Of a DNA stretch of 64,000 nucleotides, positions 39,325 to 49,843 are shown one piece after another. Under the pieces are notes generated by a model. The model was not told where the DNA came from and searched no databases. It saw only the letters and a program-made list of their open reading frames with translations. The stretch is from an uncultured Chthonomonadaceae bacterium (GTDB lineage: Bacteria; Armatimonadota; Chthonomonadetes; Chthonomonadales; Chthonomonadaceae): positions 128,001-192,000 of the forward strand of contig CAWIEK010000037.1 of the NCBI GenBank assembly GCA_963835065.1, given 5' to 3'. How positions within the stretch are numbered: the first letter of the stretch is position 1; every line of letters begins with the position of its first letter. The position numbers were made by a program, and so were the translations under genes.

Positions 39325-39577
39325 AAATAGTGTCGCGCAGAAAGTGCGCGAGTACCTGCAAAATCATCATCCCGGCGGCGTGACGCTGGAAGTGGTTGAA
39401 AACGACATTCATCAAGTGGACTACTGGTGGCGCGTTCCCGTGCGTCCGAGCGCGTGGCCTTTGAAGCGGTACGAATACTACGAGGCGCTGGCCGATATTG
39501 AAAGCGACATTCAGGAGAAGGAACACCTCAACATCTTGATTGCGACCGGGGAACCTTTAGAAGCAGAAGCGGCTTGA
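39311..39577 (+). CDS. Small HEPN-associated hypothetical protein, paralog 1
   Basis: Overlaps the HEPN stop and is similar to the next ORF. Confidence 0.75.
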   Translation: MELNRNSVAQKVREYLQNHHPGGVTLEVVENDIHQVDYWWRVPVRPSAWPLKRYEYYEALADIESDIQEKEHLNILIATGEPLEAEAA

Positions 39578-39579
39578 CA

Positions 39580-39912
39580 ATGGATACATTATCGCGCATT
39601 GAACTGAATGCGTAATCCGCCGTGCAGCAAGTACGTGATTTGTTACCGACTCAAGAAGTGGGTGGGATTACGTTGCGCATCATGGAGGAGTATGTTTACT
39701 CACAACATAAATTCTGGCACGTTCCCGTTCGACCCAACGCCGCCCCTTGCAACTTGTCGGAACTAATCGAAACTCTTGCGGAAATAGAAACCACGCTGCA
39801 ACTGGACTACGGATTAAACATCATGATTGATCCTGTTGACCCGGAGCCGGCGGAAAGCGGCGCAGAGGTTGAAAACAGCCAGCCGGAGTTTGCCTCAACC
39901 TCTGCCGCCTGA
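39580..39912 (+). pseudogene. HEPN-associated paralog 2 with an in-frame TAA at 39613 (or GTG start at 39622)
   Basis: ELNA*SAVQQVRDLL aligns with ELNRNSVAQKVREYL. Shared GG.TL, W.VPVRP, LA.IE and LNI motifs. Confidence 0.6.
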
Positions 39913-39918
39913 CGTTTA

Positions 39919-40374
39919 CTATTCCTGTAGCGAAGGAACTTTGCCGCCTTTGCCTTCCACTTCGCTTTGGATGGATTGCAGGGCGGTTTGCAGTTCCTCG
40001 TTGATGGTTGCGTCACGATCCCCCGTGCTTTTTTCCAGATTGGCGCTGATGTGGGGTGGGGGCGCAAAGGAGAGATGCACGGTTACTTTGGATTGGCCGT
40101 CGCCCGCGTCCCCAACCTGCATCCAGCCGGAATACGCATGTTCGCCGTCCGAACCCCATTCCAGGCGCAGGGCGGCATGGTCGGCGTGTAAATGTCCGTC
40201 CGAGTCGTAGTGGTGGCCTTTGGCATCGCCCTCCATGTGAACCCGCTCCCCTTCCTCCGGTTCGGCGCGTTTCACGGTGGGCAGGTATTTGGGCATGTTG
40301 TGTACGTCGGCGATAAAGTCGAACACGACATCCGGCGCGGCGTGTACGGTCAGGCTCTGCTCGTATTCAGGCAT
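39919..40374 (-). CDS. SRPBCC family protein
   Basis: VHAAPDVVFDFIADVHNMPKYLP, GGAGGAG SD. Confidence 0.85.
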   Translation of the reverse strand: MPEYEQSLTVHAAPDVVFDFIADVHNMPKYLPTVKRAEPEEGERVHMEGDAKGHHYDSDGHLHADHAALRLEWGSDGEHAYSGWMQVGDAGDGQSKVTVHLSFAPPPHISANLEKSTGDRDATINEELQTALQSIQSEVEGKGGKVPSLQE

Positions 40375-40485
40375 GGAATTCTCCTCCACATTCCGGCAAA
40401 ATTCTGGCAAACAGTTCCGCCTGCCGCAATTTATTTTATTGCGGCAGGCGGAAGCGCGTTCAAACACGATAAGATGAGCGCGTAA

Positions 40486-40824
40486 CTACTGCGAACCGCC
40501 GCCAGCCTTGCGGGCATCAATTTGATTCAGCAGGGCGACCATGTTGTTGAGAGTGGTGTTGGCGCGGTCAATGTTGGCCTGCGTCGCCGCCGTGTTGTTC
40601 TGGGCGCTCGGCGCCATGTTGTTGGACATCATGGTGGTGTTCATCATGGCATCGCGCTTTTCGGCTTTGCGCTCGGCCTTGCGCGCCTGGCGCGCGGGCT
40701 TGGACATCGCCTTTTTCTCCTGCTTGGAGGGTTTGGGCGTGTTGTTCTGGGCGCAAACGGGCGCAATGGCGACTGCCGCCAGCAGGCCGGTCAGGGCGAA
40801 AGCAAAAGGACGCATTTTCGTCAT
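40486..40824 (-). CDS. Small secreted low-complexity protein
   Basis: Signal peptide, AGGAG SD, upstream TTGACT-N18-TATAAT (40922-40893). Confidence 0.75.
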   Translation of the reverse strand: MTKMRPFAFALTGLLAAVAIAPVCAQNNTPKPSKQEKKAMSKPARQARKAERKAEKRDAMMNTTMMSNNMAPSAQNNTAATQANIDRANTTLNNMVALLNQIDARKAGGGSQ

Positions 40825-40941
40825 GTTCGTTACTCCTGTGAAAGTGTGTGTCGAGTGTGTATCGAAAGAAAAGAGACAAGCGTACAGCAAGTATTATAGT
40901 ATACCCGGCGATTGGAAGTCAAGAGGGGAAGGAACAGTGAG

Positions 40942-41020
40942 GAACGATGAATGATGAACGATGAGTGATGAGTGAGAATTTGTATTCCATTCATCATTCA
41001 TCACTCAGCACTCATCACTC
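40942..41020. repeat. Inverted heptamer arrays (TGATGAR-like)
   Basis: Arms at about 40942-40976 and 40987-41020, overlapping the fbp stop codon. Confidence 0.8.
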
Positions 41021-42964
41021 CAAAATCATTCCTTCCTCGTAGGCATAAATCAGCCGCTCAAGTTGGGTGATCGCGCTTCTTAGCCGATCCCCGTCTTCTG
41101 TATCGCCGATATGGTGAACTGTCGGATACTCGCGCAGCGTGGTGATTTTAGGAATCATGTCCGCGCCCGTTGTGATAGACTCTTCTACGGAGGTGAAGTG
41201 CGAATGTTCCGCCAGCGAAATGCGTTCCGCGTCTAAAATCAGCGTGTAGCCGTGGTCGCCATACGCTTCGGAAAACGCGCCGTCAATGGTCACGGCATTG
41301 CCGCCCCGCTTGACAGGCTGCTCCCCTTCGTCAATCTTGACGGGAACATGCCCGTTGACGATTAAGCCGTCCTCGCTCACGCCGAACTCGCGCAAGATTT
41401 TGCGGCAAAAGTCGGCGTCGTGTATCAATTGGAAGTAGGCGTTTTTGGTTTCTTTGTGGGTGGCTTTGTCGGCGACAAAGTATGTCTCGAAGGTCGCCAT
41501 TCTATCCTTGCCGAACAGGGGTGAGAGCGGCCCCGCCCACAGGTACCACATCCAATCGGCGTCGGCGTCGCGCCGTTCCGCGCCCTTGCGAAAGGCGCGG
41601 CGTATCAGGGAAGCGAGGGCGTCGAACAAATCCCTGCCTTTCCGTTCCACGCCGTCTACGGACAAGGAGAGAAATTCGCCGTTTTCATCGCAGGGGACGC
41701 AGGCATGGAAAATGAGGGTGTCGTCCCGCCGCTGCCACATCGCGCCGTGCTGCACCATCCAGCGCATCTGCTCCCACAAGGCTTGGCTTGCCGTAAACGA
41801 CTGCTGCAGCCGCTTCATGCAGGCGTCTTCTTCGGGGGAGAGGGCATACGGGTCGGCAGGGTCAAGGGTGGGGAAGTGGGTGTCGAGAAGCGGATAGGTT
41901 TGTCCGTCAATTTCCACCGTTCCCGCCTCATGGTGGATGCGGTGCAGCAGGTTGCGGTGTTCCCAGTTCCATTCCGGGTGCTTGCGGCTGCTGCTGCCTT
42001 CCAGTTTGAAGTTCAGAATCGCGGTGGCTTTTTGCATCCGGGCTAATGTCAAATCGTCGCGCAGGCCGGAACTTTTGGCATGGAATCGTTCGGCGGGATC
42101 GTCACCATAAACGGTGCGGGCAAGATGTTCCAGGGGGTCAAGGAAGATGCCGTACCCCTCTTCCAGTTGCTCCAGGCGTTGGTAGCGCAGGGACAGGCGC
42201 AGCACGGTGGCAATGGCCGTCGGTTCGCCAAGACACGCCCCCATCCATGAGGTATCGTGATTGCCCCACGTCACCGTCACATGCGGCTGCCGCATCAGGT
42301 AATCAATCACTTTGTCAATGCGCAAGCCCCGGTCGCCCATATCCCCGGCAACAAATAACTCGCCCACGCTTAGGTTACGGACAAGTCGGCTTGCCGCCCG
42401 CACAACCTCAAAGACAGCCCCCGCGTCAACGAAAACTTTAATCATCGCGTTGATGTAATCCGGGCTGCGCAGGGTGGCGGGTGCGTCCAGCAGTTCGGCG
42501 AACAACTCCCGGTAAGGCGTGGGAAACAGGGCGTAAATATGGCCCCGCCGATAGACCGGAGCCAGCCGACGCACACAGTCAAACTGCATCCGCAATGTCT
42601 GCTGCGCCCACCCCCCTTGCGCCTCTTGTGTTTGCAAGGCGTCTCGAAGATGCTGCATGGCTTCCTGCGGATAATAAAGCAGGGCAAGAAAGGCGGCCAA
42701 CTCGTTCGGGGCAAGCCGGCTGCCGAACAGTTCTTCTACGAGCGGGCGGAGCCTGCCGGAAGCGTTGTTAATGACGTGCCGCAGCTTGCGGTAATCGCCG
42801 TGAATGTCACTGATGACATGCGTGGCGGGCTTGGGCAGGCCGAGCATGGCAGCGCAGGCAGCGATTTCGCTTCGCGCCACTTCCACATTCGGGTACTGCC
42901 GCGCCAATGCCCGCAAGCCGACCAATTCGCCCGGTGTAATGACTCGTTCTTCCCACTCTGTCAT
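41015..42964 (-). CDS. fbp: Fructose-1,6-bisphosphatase class III
   Basis: LPK..H.ISDIHG, GDMGDRG, WGNHD, LEEGYGI, SPLFGKD.MATFE, NGHVPVK. Confidence 0.9.
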   Translation of the reverse strand: MTEWEERVITPGELVGLRALARQYPNVEVARSEIAACAAMLGLPKPATHVISDIHGDYRKLRHVINNASGRLRPLVEELFGSRLAPNELAAFLALLYYPQEAMQHLRDALQTQEAQGGWAQQTLRMQFDCVRRLAPVYRRGHIYALFPTPYRELFAELLDAPATLRSPDYINAMIKVFVDAGAVFEVVRAASRLVRNLSVGELFVAGDMGDRGLRIDKVIDYLMRQPHVTVTWGNHDTSWMGACLGEPTAIATVLRLSLRYQRLEQLEEGYGIFLDPLEHLARTVYGDDPAERFHAKSSGLRDDLTLARMQKATAILNFKLEGSSSRKHPEWNWEHRNLLHRIHHEAGTVEIDGQTYPLLDTHFPTLDPADPYALSPEEDACMKRLQQSFTASQALWEQMRWMVQHGAMWQRRDDTLIFHACVPCDENGEFLSLSVDGVERKGRDLFDALASLIRRAFRKGAERRDADADWMWYLWAGPLSPLFGKDRMATFETYFVADKATHKETKNAYFQLIHDADFCRKILREFGVSEDGLIVNGHVPVKIDEGEQPVKRGGNAVTIDGAFSEAYGDHGYTLILDAERISLAEHSHFTSVEESITTGADMIPKITTLREYPTVHHIGDTEDGDRLRSAITQLERLIYAYEEGMILE

Positions 42965-43076
42965 GGCTGTGCGCCTCCTGATTGGTTGGTACGCGCTCAG
43001 GGACGCAAACTCCTTCTTTTTATTAATTTTCTGCATTGATTCTTCTGCTCAGTCTCTCCCGCGAACTCCTGCGCGT

Positions 43077-43385
43077 TCACTCGCGCGTCCCATTTCCGAG
43101 AGCAGGCCGTTCCTGCAAGGTGTTGTCCCGATGGTAGAAAGCGGCATTGACTTCGACAAAATGCTGCCAGATGCGGGGCACATCGCTTTCCTGAAAGATA
43201 GCTTCAACGGGACATTCCGACTCGCACAGCCCACAGTCAATGCACACCGCAGGATTGACGAACAGCATATCGTAGCGCTGCCCATCCTTCTCGACAATGC
43301 CCTCGTGGATGCAGTCGCATGGGCAGACGGTCACGCACGACTTGTCCTTTACGCCCATGCACGGTTCGGTAATCACATACGCCAT
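43077..43385 (-). CDS. Ferredoxin (FdxA-like dicluster)
   Basis: MAYVITEPC..KDKSCV.VCP.DCI and CIDCGLCESECP. Confidence 0.92.
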   Translation of the reverse strand: MAYVITEPCMGVKDKSCVTVCPCDCIHEGIVEKDGQRYDMLFVNPAVCIDCGLCESECPVEAIFQESDVPRIWQHFVEVNAAFYHRDNTLQERPALGNGTRE

Positions 43386-43488
43386 AATTGTAGTTCTCCC
43401 ATTCTTTTCTCCGCATTTTCCATTATTTTCCAATTTTGGAAGCGGTTTCGCGTCGGGCACAGTGTACGGCAGAAAATGAGTCCGCAAC

Positions 43489-43504
43489 AATGACTTTTAT
43501 CACG
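43489..43504 (-). promoter_or_regulatory. Candidate Crp/Fnr-family site for the ferredoxin promoter
   Basis: CGTGA-N6-TCATT on the minus strand, about -42 relative to a start inferred from TACACT at 43466-43461. Confidence 0.4.
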
Positions 43505-43596
43505 CCGAAATCATAAGCGTACGCGGTATCCTGTTGATACAAGTAGTCAAGGCACAAGGTAAAAGAGAAAAGGCATAAGAGGCAGATAGCATCACT

Positions 43597-44362
43597 ATGA
43601 CATCCTCAACACTTGATTCCCGGATAGATGCGCTATCAACAATGGAAAGATCAATGGTGAAGAATGGGAGGCTGGCGCGTCGCCGCAGCGCATTACGCCG
43701 CGTTCAGTTTTTGAAGACGCTGCCTGACGATGTTCTGGCGGAATTGGCCGGGGCGGGTGTGGAGCGCTGCTTAAATCGCGGCGAGATGCTGTTTGCCGAG
43801 CATGACCGTTGTTTGGGGCTGATTGTGGTTCTGACGGGCGCGGTCAAGGTGTACAAACTGGATGCGCGGGGGCGCGAACTGACGCTGGATAGCGAATTAC
43901 CGGGCGAAAGCGTGTTTGAACTGCCCCTTTTCGACGGCGGCAATTACCCGGCAAGCGCGGAAGCCTCACAGGACGGCACAATCGTTTACATCGTTCGCCG
44001 GGAGCGGTTCGGGCAATTTGTCGCGGCTCATCCGCAGATCGCCGCGCTTGCCCTGCGCGCGCTGGCCGTGCGAACGCGCAAGCTGATTCAGATGGTGGAA
44101 GCGCACTCGCTCCATTCCGTGCGGACGCGCCTGGCCGCGTATCTGCTGCAAACGGCGGACGGGCAAGCCGTATTCACCCTGCGCGAAACCAACGAAGCTA
44201 TCGGCAGCCGGATCGGAACGGTACGCGAAGTGATTTCGCGGACGCTGCACAGCTTCAAGGACGCAGGGCTAATCCGCTTGTGCGGGCGCGAAGTCGGCAA
44301 TTTGCGAAGTCAACGCGCTGCGGCGCATTGCAGGAATAGAAGAAGGGGATAGCGAAGATTAG
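43597..44362 (+). CDS. Crp/Fnr family regulator, frameshift near 44296
   Basis: cNMP-binding fold (PGESVFELPLFDGGNYPASA) and HTH GTVREVISR. Confidence 0.88.
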
Positions 44363-44406
44363 CCGGTAAATTGCGCGTCTCCACACGCGCAAAGTTGTAA
44401 GGAACC

Positions 44407-46158
44407 ATGAGACTTTCAACGCCGGGAACATTTGCGGTATCTATTCACCTGGTCGGGCTGCTGGCCGTGCAGGGCTGTCATCGTCCGGCTGCCAGAGTCA
44501 CGCCTTTGCCCGCGCAAACGCCCCCACCTGTCTTTGCGCCTTCCCGCCCGTCTGTCGCGCAGGAACCTTTGCCGCTTGCGCATCGGACGCGCCACGAGCG
44601 CGAAGCCGGTGTGTTGTCGGCCATGCACAAGCGGGTGTGGGCGCGGCGCGCGTCCCTGCCCGACATTCGCCGCATTGCTTCGGATGTGTACCCCTTGATT
44701 TGCGAGGCCGCGCAGCAGGCGGAAGTGACGCCGTACCTGCAAGCCTTTGCGCGTGACAACGGCCTGGATTTGGAACAAGCGCGGGAACAGTGGGTTGCGA
44801 TTGAAGAAGCCGATTTGCTCCTGGAAGCGGGCGGCAATCCCGACGACATTTCCCCGGCGGGCGCATCCGGCGTGGCGCAATGGATGCTCAACATTGCGCG
44901 GGAACAGGGGCTGCATATTGATTTTGCCCGTTCGCGGCAATTCACAGCGCGTATTGACGCTCTAAACTGGCGCATTGCGTGGCTGACCTATCTATCCCGC
45001 CCGGATGCCGACCAAAACTTGCCTTCAAAACCAACCTTGACGCCCGCCGATTTCGCTACTCTGCCCGCCTTACAGCAGGAGCGGGAAACCCTGCGCGAAC
45101 AGCGCCGACAGGCAGATGACCGCTTCGAGCCGCGCAAAGCCGTGTTCGCCCATGCCCGCTACCTGCTCCGGCTGTACCGCAAGTTCCCGAGCAAGGATTG
45201 GATTTTTCAAGCCTATCACGGCGGCGAATGGGGCGCGAAAAAGGAGATTTGGTTTTACTTGGGACAAAAGCCGGCTTCCTACGCCGAAGCCATTCAATCG
45301 GGAAATACGGGACAGCGCCTGACGTATGAAGACGTGTACTTCGGCATTACGCCCCATGCGCACATCCCCGCGTTTCGCTACATTTACGGGCGGGGCGACG
45401 ACCATCGGCATTATTGGTGGAAACTGCGCTCCGCGCAGGAAGCCCTTGCCCTGTACCATCGTGACCCGACCGGCTTTGAACAGGAGTGGAACCGCCTGCT
45501 GCCGGGACGCCGCACGGAAGCCGTCTGGTATCCCGACGCGCCTGTCCATGCCATCGCCGACCTGAACGCGCTCCAATCCTCACAGGGCAAAGGGCTGGTT
45601 CCGGTCACGTCCGCTGCGAACATGCTTGTGCGCCCTGCGCCCCTCGATACTCCTAACGCCCAATGGTACGCCGCCTTGCAGCCGTCTGCAAAAGGCGCGT
45701 TGCTGCTGGCAGTGGAAGCGTACAAGCGCGCGGGCGGCAAAACCGTCTTGACAGTGGGAGACATGACACTCACGCCCCAATACAGCGCCCAATTAAAAGC
45801 GCTGCACCCCCCGAAACCAACCCTCGCCCCGCCGTACCCGCCCGACCCCGAACTCAAAACCCTGCCCGGTGGCGGACCGCCCGCCGATTTCGATTACCAC
45901 ACGACCGGGTTAGCCGCCGATATTCTCGCGCCCAAAACCAAATGGGAGCGCGAAATTCTGGAATACGCGCTTGCCTATCTGGAAGAGCGGCAGATCGTCG
46001 CCGTCACGGAAGCCAAAGACTACAACGAGCCGCGCTACCATCTCGTGCCCAACCCGCGCTACACCGACGCCCTGAGCAAAATCGGCGAGAGGAGAGTTGG
46101 GCAAAGGCCAGTCCCTGTGGTTCTTTGTCAATCAAGGCTTCCAGCATATCGTCGCTAA
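44407..46158 (+). CDS. Lytic transglycosylase-like lipoprotein
   Basis: Lipobox-like VQGC, SLT motifs LEAGGNP..ISPAGASGVAQ and AYHGG. Confidence 0.7.
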   Translation: MRLSTPGTFAVSIHLVGLLAVQGCHRPAARVTPLPAQTPPPVFAPSRPSVAQEPLPLAHRTRHEREAGVLSAMHKRVWARRASLPDIRRIASDVYPLICEAAQQAEVTPYLQAFARDNGLDLEQAREQWVAIEEADLLLEAGGNPDDISPAGASGVAQWMLNIAREQGLHIDFARSRQFTARIDALNWRIAWLTYLSRPDADQNLPSKPTLTPADFATLPALQQERETLREQRRQADDRFEPRKAVFAHARYLLRLYRKFPSKDWIFQAYHGGEWGAKKEIWFYLGQKPASYAEAIQSGNTGQRLTYEDVYFGITPHAHIPAFRYIYGRGDDHRHYWWKLRSAQEALALYHRDPTGFEQEWNRLLPGRRTEAVWYPDAPVHAIADLNALQSSQGKGLVPVTSAANMLVRPAPLDTPNAQWYAALQPSAKGALLLAVEAYKRAGGKTVLTVGDMTLTPQYSAQLKALHPPKPTLAPPYPPDPELKTLPGGGPPADFDYHTTGLAADILAPKTKWEREILEYALAYLEERQIVAVTEAKDYNEPRYHLVPNPRYTDALSKIGERRVGQRPVPVVLCQSRLPAYRR

Positions 46159-46804
46159 CATCGGCTAACAATCCTGCGCCAGCGCGAGTTTCCGGGGCAA
46201 GCATCGCCTGCGCATCTAAATCCCCCTGCTTTGCAATCTGCACCAACTGCGCGTCGACCGACCTATGATGCATGTGCGCTACTTGTTGTCGAAGCGGCTC
46301 CCAACTCAGTCGCTTTAAACGCGCAATATCACTGCGGTTCGCAGAACTCTCATATAAAACAAAGACGGTTTTGACAGGATCGACAGGGAGAGAGGAGTTG
46401 TCCTTCGGGTCTAATTTATCCTGGGGAAAGTCACGTCGCCAAGTTAGGTCATAGAGTTCAGCAAGGCGCTGCAGCATGGTTCTTAACGGCATCGGACTGG
46501 TGAAGGAAGTAATCGGCATGATTCCCACCCACGCAGGATCAGCCTTCAGTGTAACGCCCGATTGCTTTTGCAGGTCCGCCAGGACGACACTTAATGGCGT
46601 GTCTACGCATTGCAGGGAGACCGGTTGTTTAAGCGCGGCTAACGCCGGTCCTATTGGATCGGCTGCCGGAGCCGGGTTGACTGCTTGCTGTGCCGCATGA
46701 GTGGATGGCGTTTGCGCCTGCGCTATAGAGGAACATAAAACCACAGGAACCAGGCCAAACCAGCCCGGCTTTTTTGAGAGACAAAAGGGAAAGGCTTTCA
46801 GCAT
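46004..46804 (-). pseudogene. Secreted STN-like domain protein, apparently 3' truncated near 46087
   Basis: Signal peptide, PVSLQCVDTPLSVVLADLQKQSGV, GGAGG SD, TTGACA-N17-TAAACT at 46880-46852. Tail reads antisense through the neighbouring gene. Confidence 0.55.
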
Positions 46805-47018
46805 ACGCTTCCTCCTATCTACTTATCAACCATCAACTTGTTTGAAGGAAAAGTTTACATGTTCCCGCCAAATCTGTCAAGAGTGCGAGAAAATTTATGG
46901 GAACATGCCTTTCGGTGAAATTGCCTACCTGTAAAGTACGAACGACAGTTATAATCGCAGGAACAAACGCTTGTTGCGTCGAAAAGGAAGCGCATCATAC
47001 TCTTTCTGGAGCAACTTT

Positions 47019-48680
47019 ATGACGACGTGGAAATCAGGCCGTGAGGCTTTGAAACGATTCTGGTGGGCGGCAACTTTGGCGTGTGTGCCAATCTTTTTGT
47101 GTGTCATGCGCTGCCATGCGGACGATCTGCTTGGCGGATTGGCGCGTCCGCAGGAGGGGCGCAGTATGCGGGCGTCGTCCACATTCCGGGAGGGGCGCGA
47201 CGGCAAATACGATCCCCGCGCCGACCCCAAAGGCGACCGGGACGAAAAAAGCAATTGGGACAATTTTCGAAGTTGCGCCGGGTGAAACCCATGTCCTTCT
47301 GGACGCCAAAGGGCCGGGGCTGATTACGCATATCTGGATGACGTTTCTCGGCCCGGAAGCGCAGGAGTGGGCTAAAAACGGCTCGGCCAACCATCAGGAA
47401 ATGCTGCTGCGCATCTATTGGGACGGCAATTCCCGCCCCGGCGTGGAAGCGCCTGTGGGTGACTTTTTCGCCAACTGCTTCGGCAGGCGCAGCGAAGTCA
47501 TCAGCCTGCCGGTTCAGGTGGCGGACGGCGACGCTTACAACTGCTTCTGGCAAATGCCGTTTCGCAAGTCCGCCCGTATCGAGATCGTCAACCAGAGCGA
47601 CAAGCCTATCAGCCTGCTGTACTACAACATTGACTGGATACAAAAGAAAAGCCTGCCCCGCGACACGCCCTACTTCTACGCGCAGTACCGTCAGGAGTAC
47701 CCCGCGCAAAACGGCAAGGATTATGTTCTGCTGGACACGCAGGGCAAGGGGCATTATGTCGGCACGGTCTTGGCGGTGCGGACGCGCAGCCCCGCGTGGT
47801 TCGGGGAAGGGGACGAGAAGATTTACATAGATGGCGAGGCAAACCGTCTATCTGGGGAACGGGAACCGAAGATTACTTTTTGTCGGCATGGGGATTGAAG
47901 AAGACCAGTACGCCGTTCTTTGGCGTCCCGTATTTCGACCAGTGGGGGATTGTGGGCGGGCATACGAGCGCGTACCGCTGGCATCTCAACGACCCGATTG
48001 TGTTCCAAAAGGGCATCAAAGTGACGCTGGAGCATTGGGGCTGGATGTCGCCGGACGAGAACCCCGACTATAAAACCACAAGCTGGAACGAGCGCGAGGA
48101 CGATTATTCCAGCGTCGCCTTCTGGTATCAGACCGGGCAGCCGACCTTTGACGCCCGCGCCCCTCACGCCCGCGAGCGCAAATTGCCGTCCCTCGAACGA
48201 ATCCTTGTTTACGCCCGCGATTACGCCGACGCTTCCCATCACGGACCGGGCGAAACCGTGAAGCAGGCGCTTGGCTTTTACGACGGCCCGCAACTGCTGC
48301 TCAAGCCGGAACAACCCAAAGACGGCTGGCTGGAAATTCCGTTCGACGTAACGAAAAAAGAGCCGCTGCGCTTACTGCTCAACCTGACCCACTCCTACGA
48401 CTTCGGCAAGTATCAGGCAACCCTCAACGGCGTGAAAGTGGGCGGCGTGATAGACCTGTACAGCGCGGCCATCAGCAATGAAGAAGCGCATCTGCTGGAC
48501 TTCTGGCCGGAACCGGGGCATTATACGCTGCGTCTGGAGTGCGTCGGCAAAAACGCGCTGTCAACCGGCTATTATCTCGGCATAGAGTCGGTGCGCCTGC
48601 GGGAACGCCGCCCCCGCGTGACGGAATACGCCCACGACAAAGCCAAAGACTGGCGGCAAAAGCCGGAACTGTACCGATAA
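47019..48680 (+). CDS. DUF2961/GH172 family protein, frameshifts near 47268 and 47843
   Basis: GPGLITHIW, LRIYWDG, PVGDFF, MPFRKSA, WFGEGDE, GTGTEDYF, SSVAFWYQ. Confidence 0.85.
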
Positions 48681-48684
48681 GTAG

Positions 48685-48848
48685 TGATGTAGGGGCGCAA
48701 TTTATTGCGCCCTCTTGCCGTACTTCGTTTTTTTTCGATGCGCCCGCTTGCCGCTTCGTTTCGATGCGCCGTTTTGCCGCACGAGACTTCGTTTCAATGC
48801 GGGCGCAACGGCTGGCAAGCGGGCGCAATAAATTGCGCCCCTACATCA
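48685..48848. repeat. GTAG-type REP doublet (REPIN-like)
   Basis: Perfect 28-bp inverted ends tgatgtaggggcgcaatttattgcgccc. Confidence 0.85.
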
Positions 48849-48987
48849 TTGTTGTTCATGCAGATGTTTGCTCTTAGTTGCAGGTTTGATGCAGCAAGGT
48901 TCTGGCGTTCCGCATACAAGTGGCATTTCTGAGTGATAACAGCATCGGGGCAAAATGCCAATAATGCTTTCACGAGGAGACACCGCT

Positions 48988-49599
48988 ATGAACCTGATTG
49001 TTGTGTTTGGCCCGCCCGCAGTCGGCAAAATGACCGTTGGACAGGAACTCGCTCGCTTAACGGGCTACAAACTGTTTCACAACCACATCACGCTGGACAT
49101 GGTGACGCCCCTGTTTCCGTTCGGGACGCCGGAGTGTCGCCGTCTTGTGCGCGAACTGCGAACGCGCATCATTGCCCACGCCGCGCAAAGCAGCCTGCCC
49201 GGCCTGATCTTCACGTACAATTGGGCGCTGGATTTCGATGCTGACCGCGAGTTCATGGACGAACTGCGCGAACTGGTAGCCGCGCATGGCGGCAACACCT
49301 ATTACGTGGAACTGGAAGCCGATTTCGACGAGCGCCTGCGCCGCAACCGCACCCCGCAACGCCGCCAATGCAAAAACTACGGCGACATGGACGCGCTGGA
49401 AACCACCATGCGCCAGTGGCAGCATGAATACAAACTGAACTCCCAAAACGACTTCTTCTACCCCCATCAGCACGTAAAAATCAACAACACGCGCCTGTCG
49501 CCCGACTGCGCCGCCGCGCAAGCCGCAACCGCCATAACCCGTGAGTTGAAACTCGCGGCTGTGATAACGAAGTCCGCCTGCGCGGACTCCATCGTATGA
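48988..49599 (+). CDS. P-loop kinase (AAA_33/shikimate-kinase-like)
   Basis: GPPAVGKMT, LFHNH, ERLRRN. The C-terminus is encoded by the family B repeat. Confidence 0.8.
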   Translation: MNLIVVFGPPAVGKMTVGQELARLTGYKLFHNHITLDMVTPLFPFGTPECRRLVRELRTRIIAHAAQSSLPGLIFTYNWALDFDADREFMDELRELVAAHGGNTYYVELEADFDERLRRNRTPQRRQCKNYGDMDALETTMRQWQHEYKLNSQNDFFYPHQHVKINNTRLSPDCAAAQAATAITRELKLAAVITKSACADSIV

Positions 49600-49669
49600 A
49601 GATTTTCGGTTCCGCCTTCAGTCCGCGCAGGCGGACTTCGTTATCACAGCCGCGCAATTTATTGCACGG
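49539..49669. repeat. Palindromic element, family B, copy 2
   Basis: Matches 25404-25532. Confidence 0.85.
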
Positions 49670-49843
49670 ACGCTGCTACGGTTCTATGGTTCGCTACTAC
49701 GGTTCACTGCGGTTCGCTGAGGTTCGCGTCGGAAAACCGCCCCCGACACCCGACACCCAACACCCGCCCAAGCAGGAATTTGCCTGCCTGACCGAGAAGC
49801 AATAGGAACGGGCAGAAACGGGCGGGGAGCAAAGGCAGGCAAA

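Noticed and set aside
48988..49599. Polynucleotide kinase partner of the RNA ligase
   Set aside because: It is 16 kb away, has no phosphatase domain, and the GPPAVGKMT family is commonly stand-alone.
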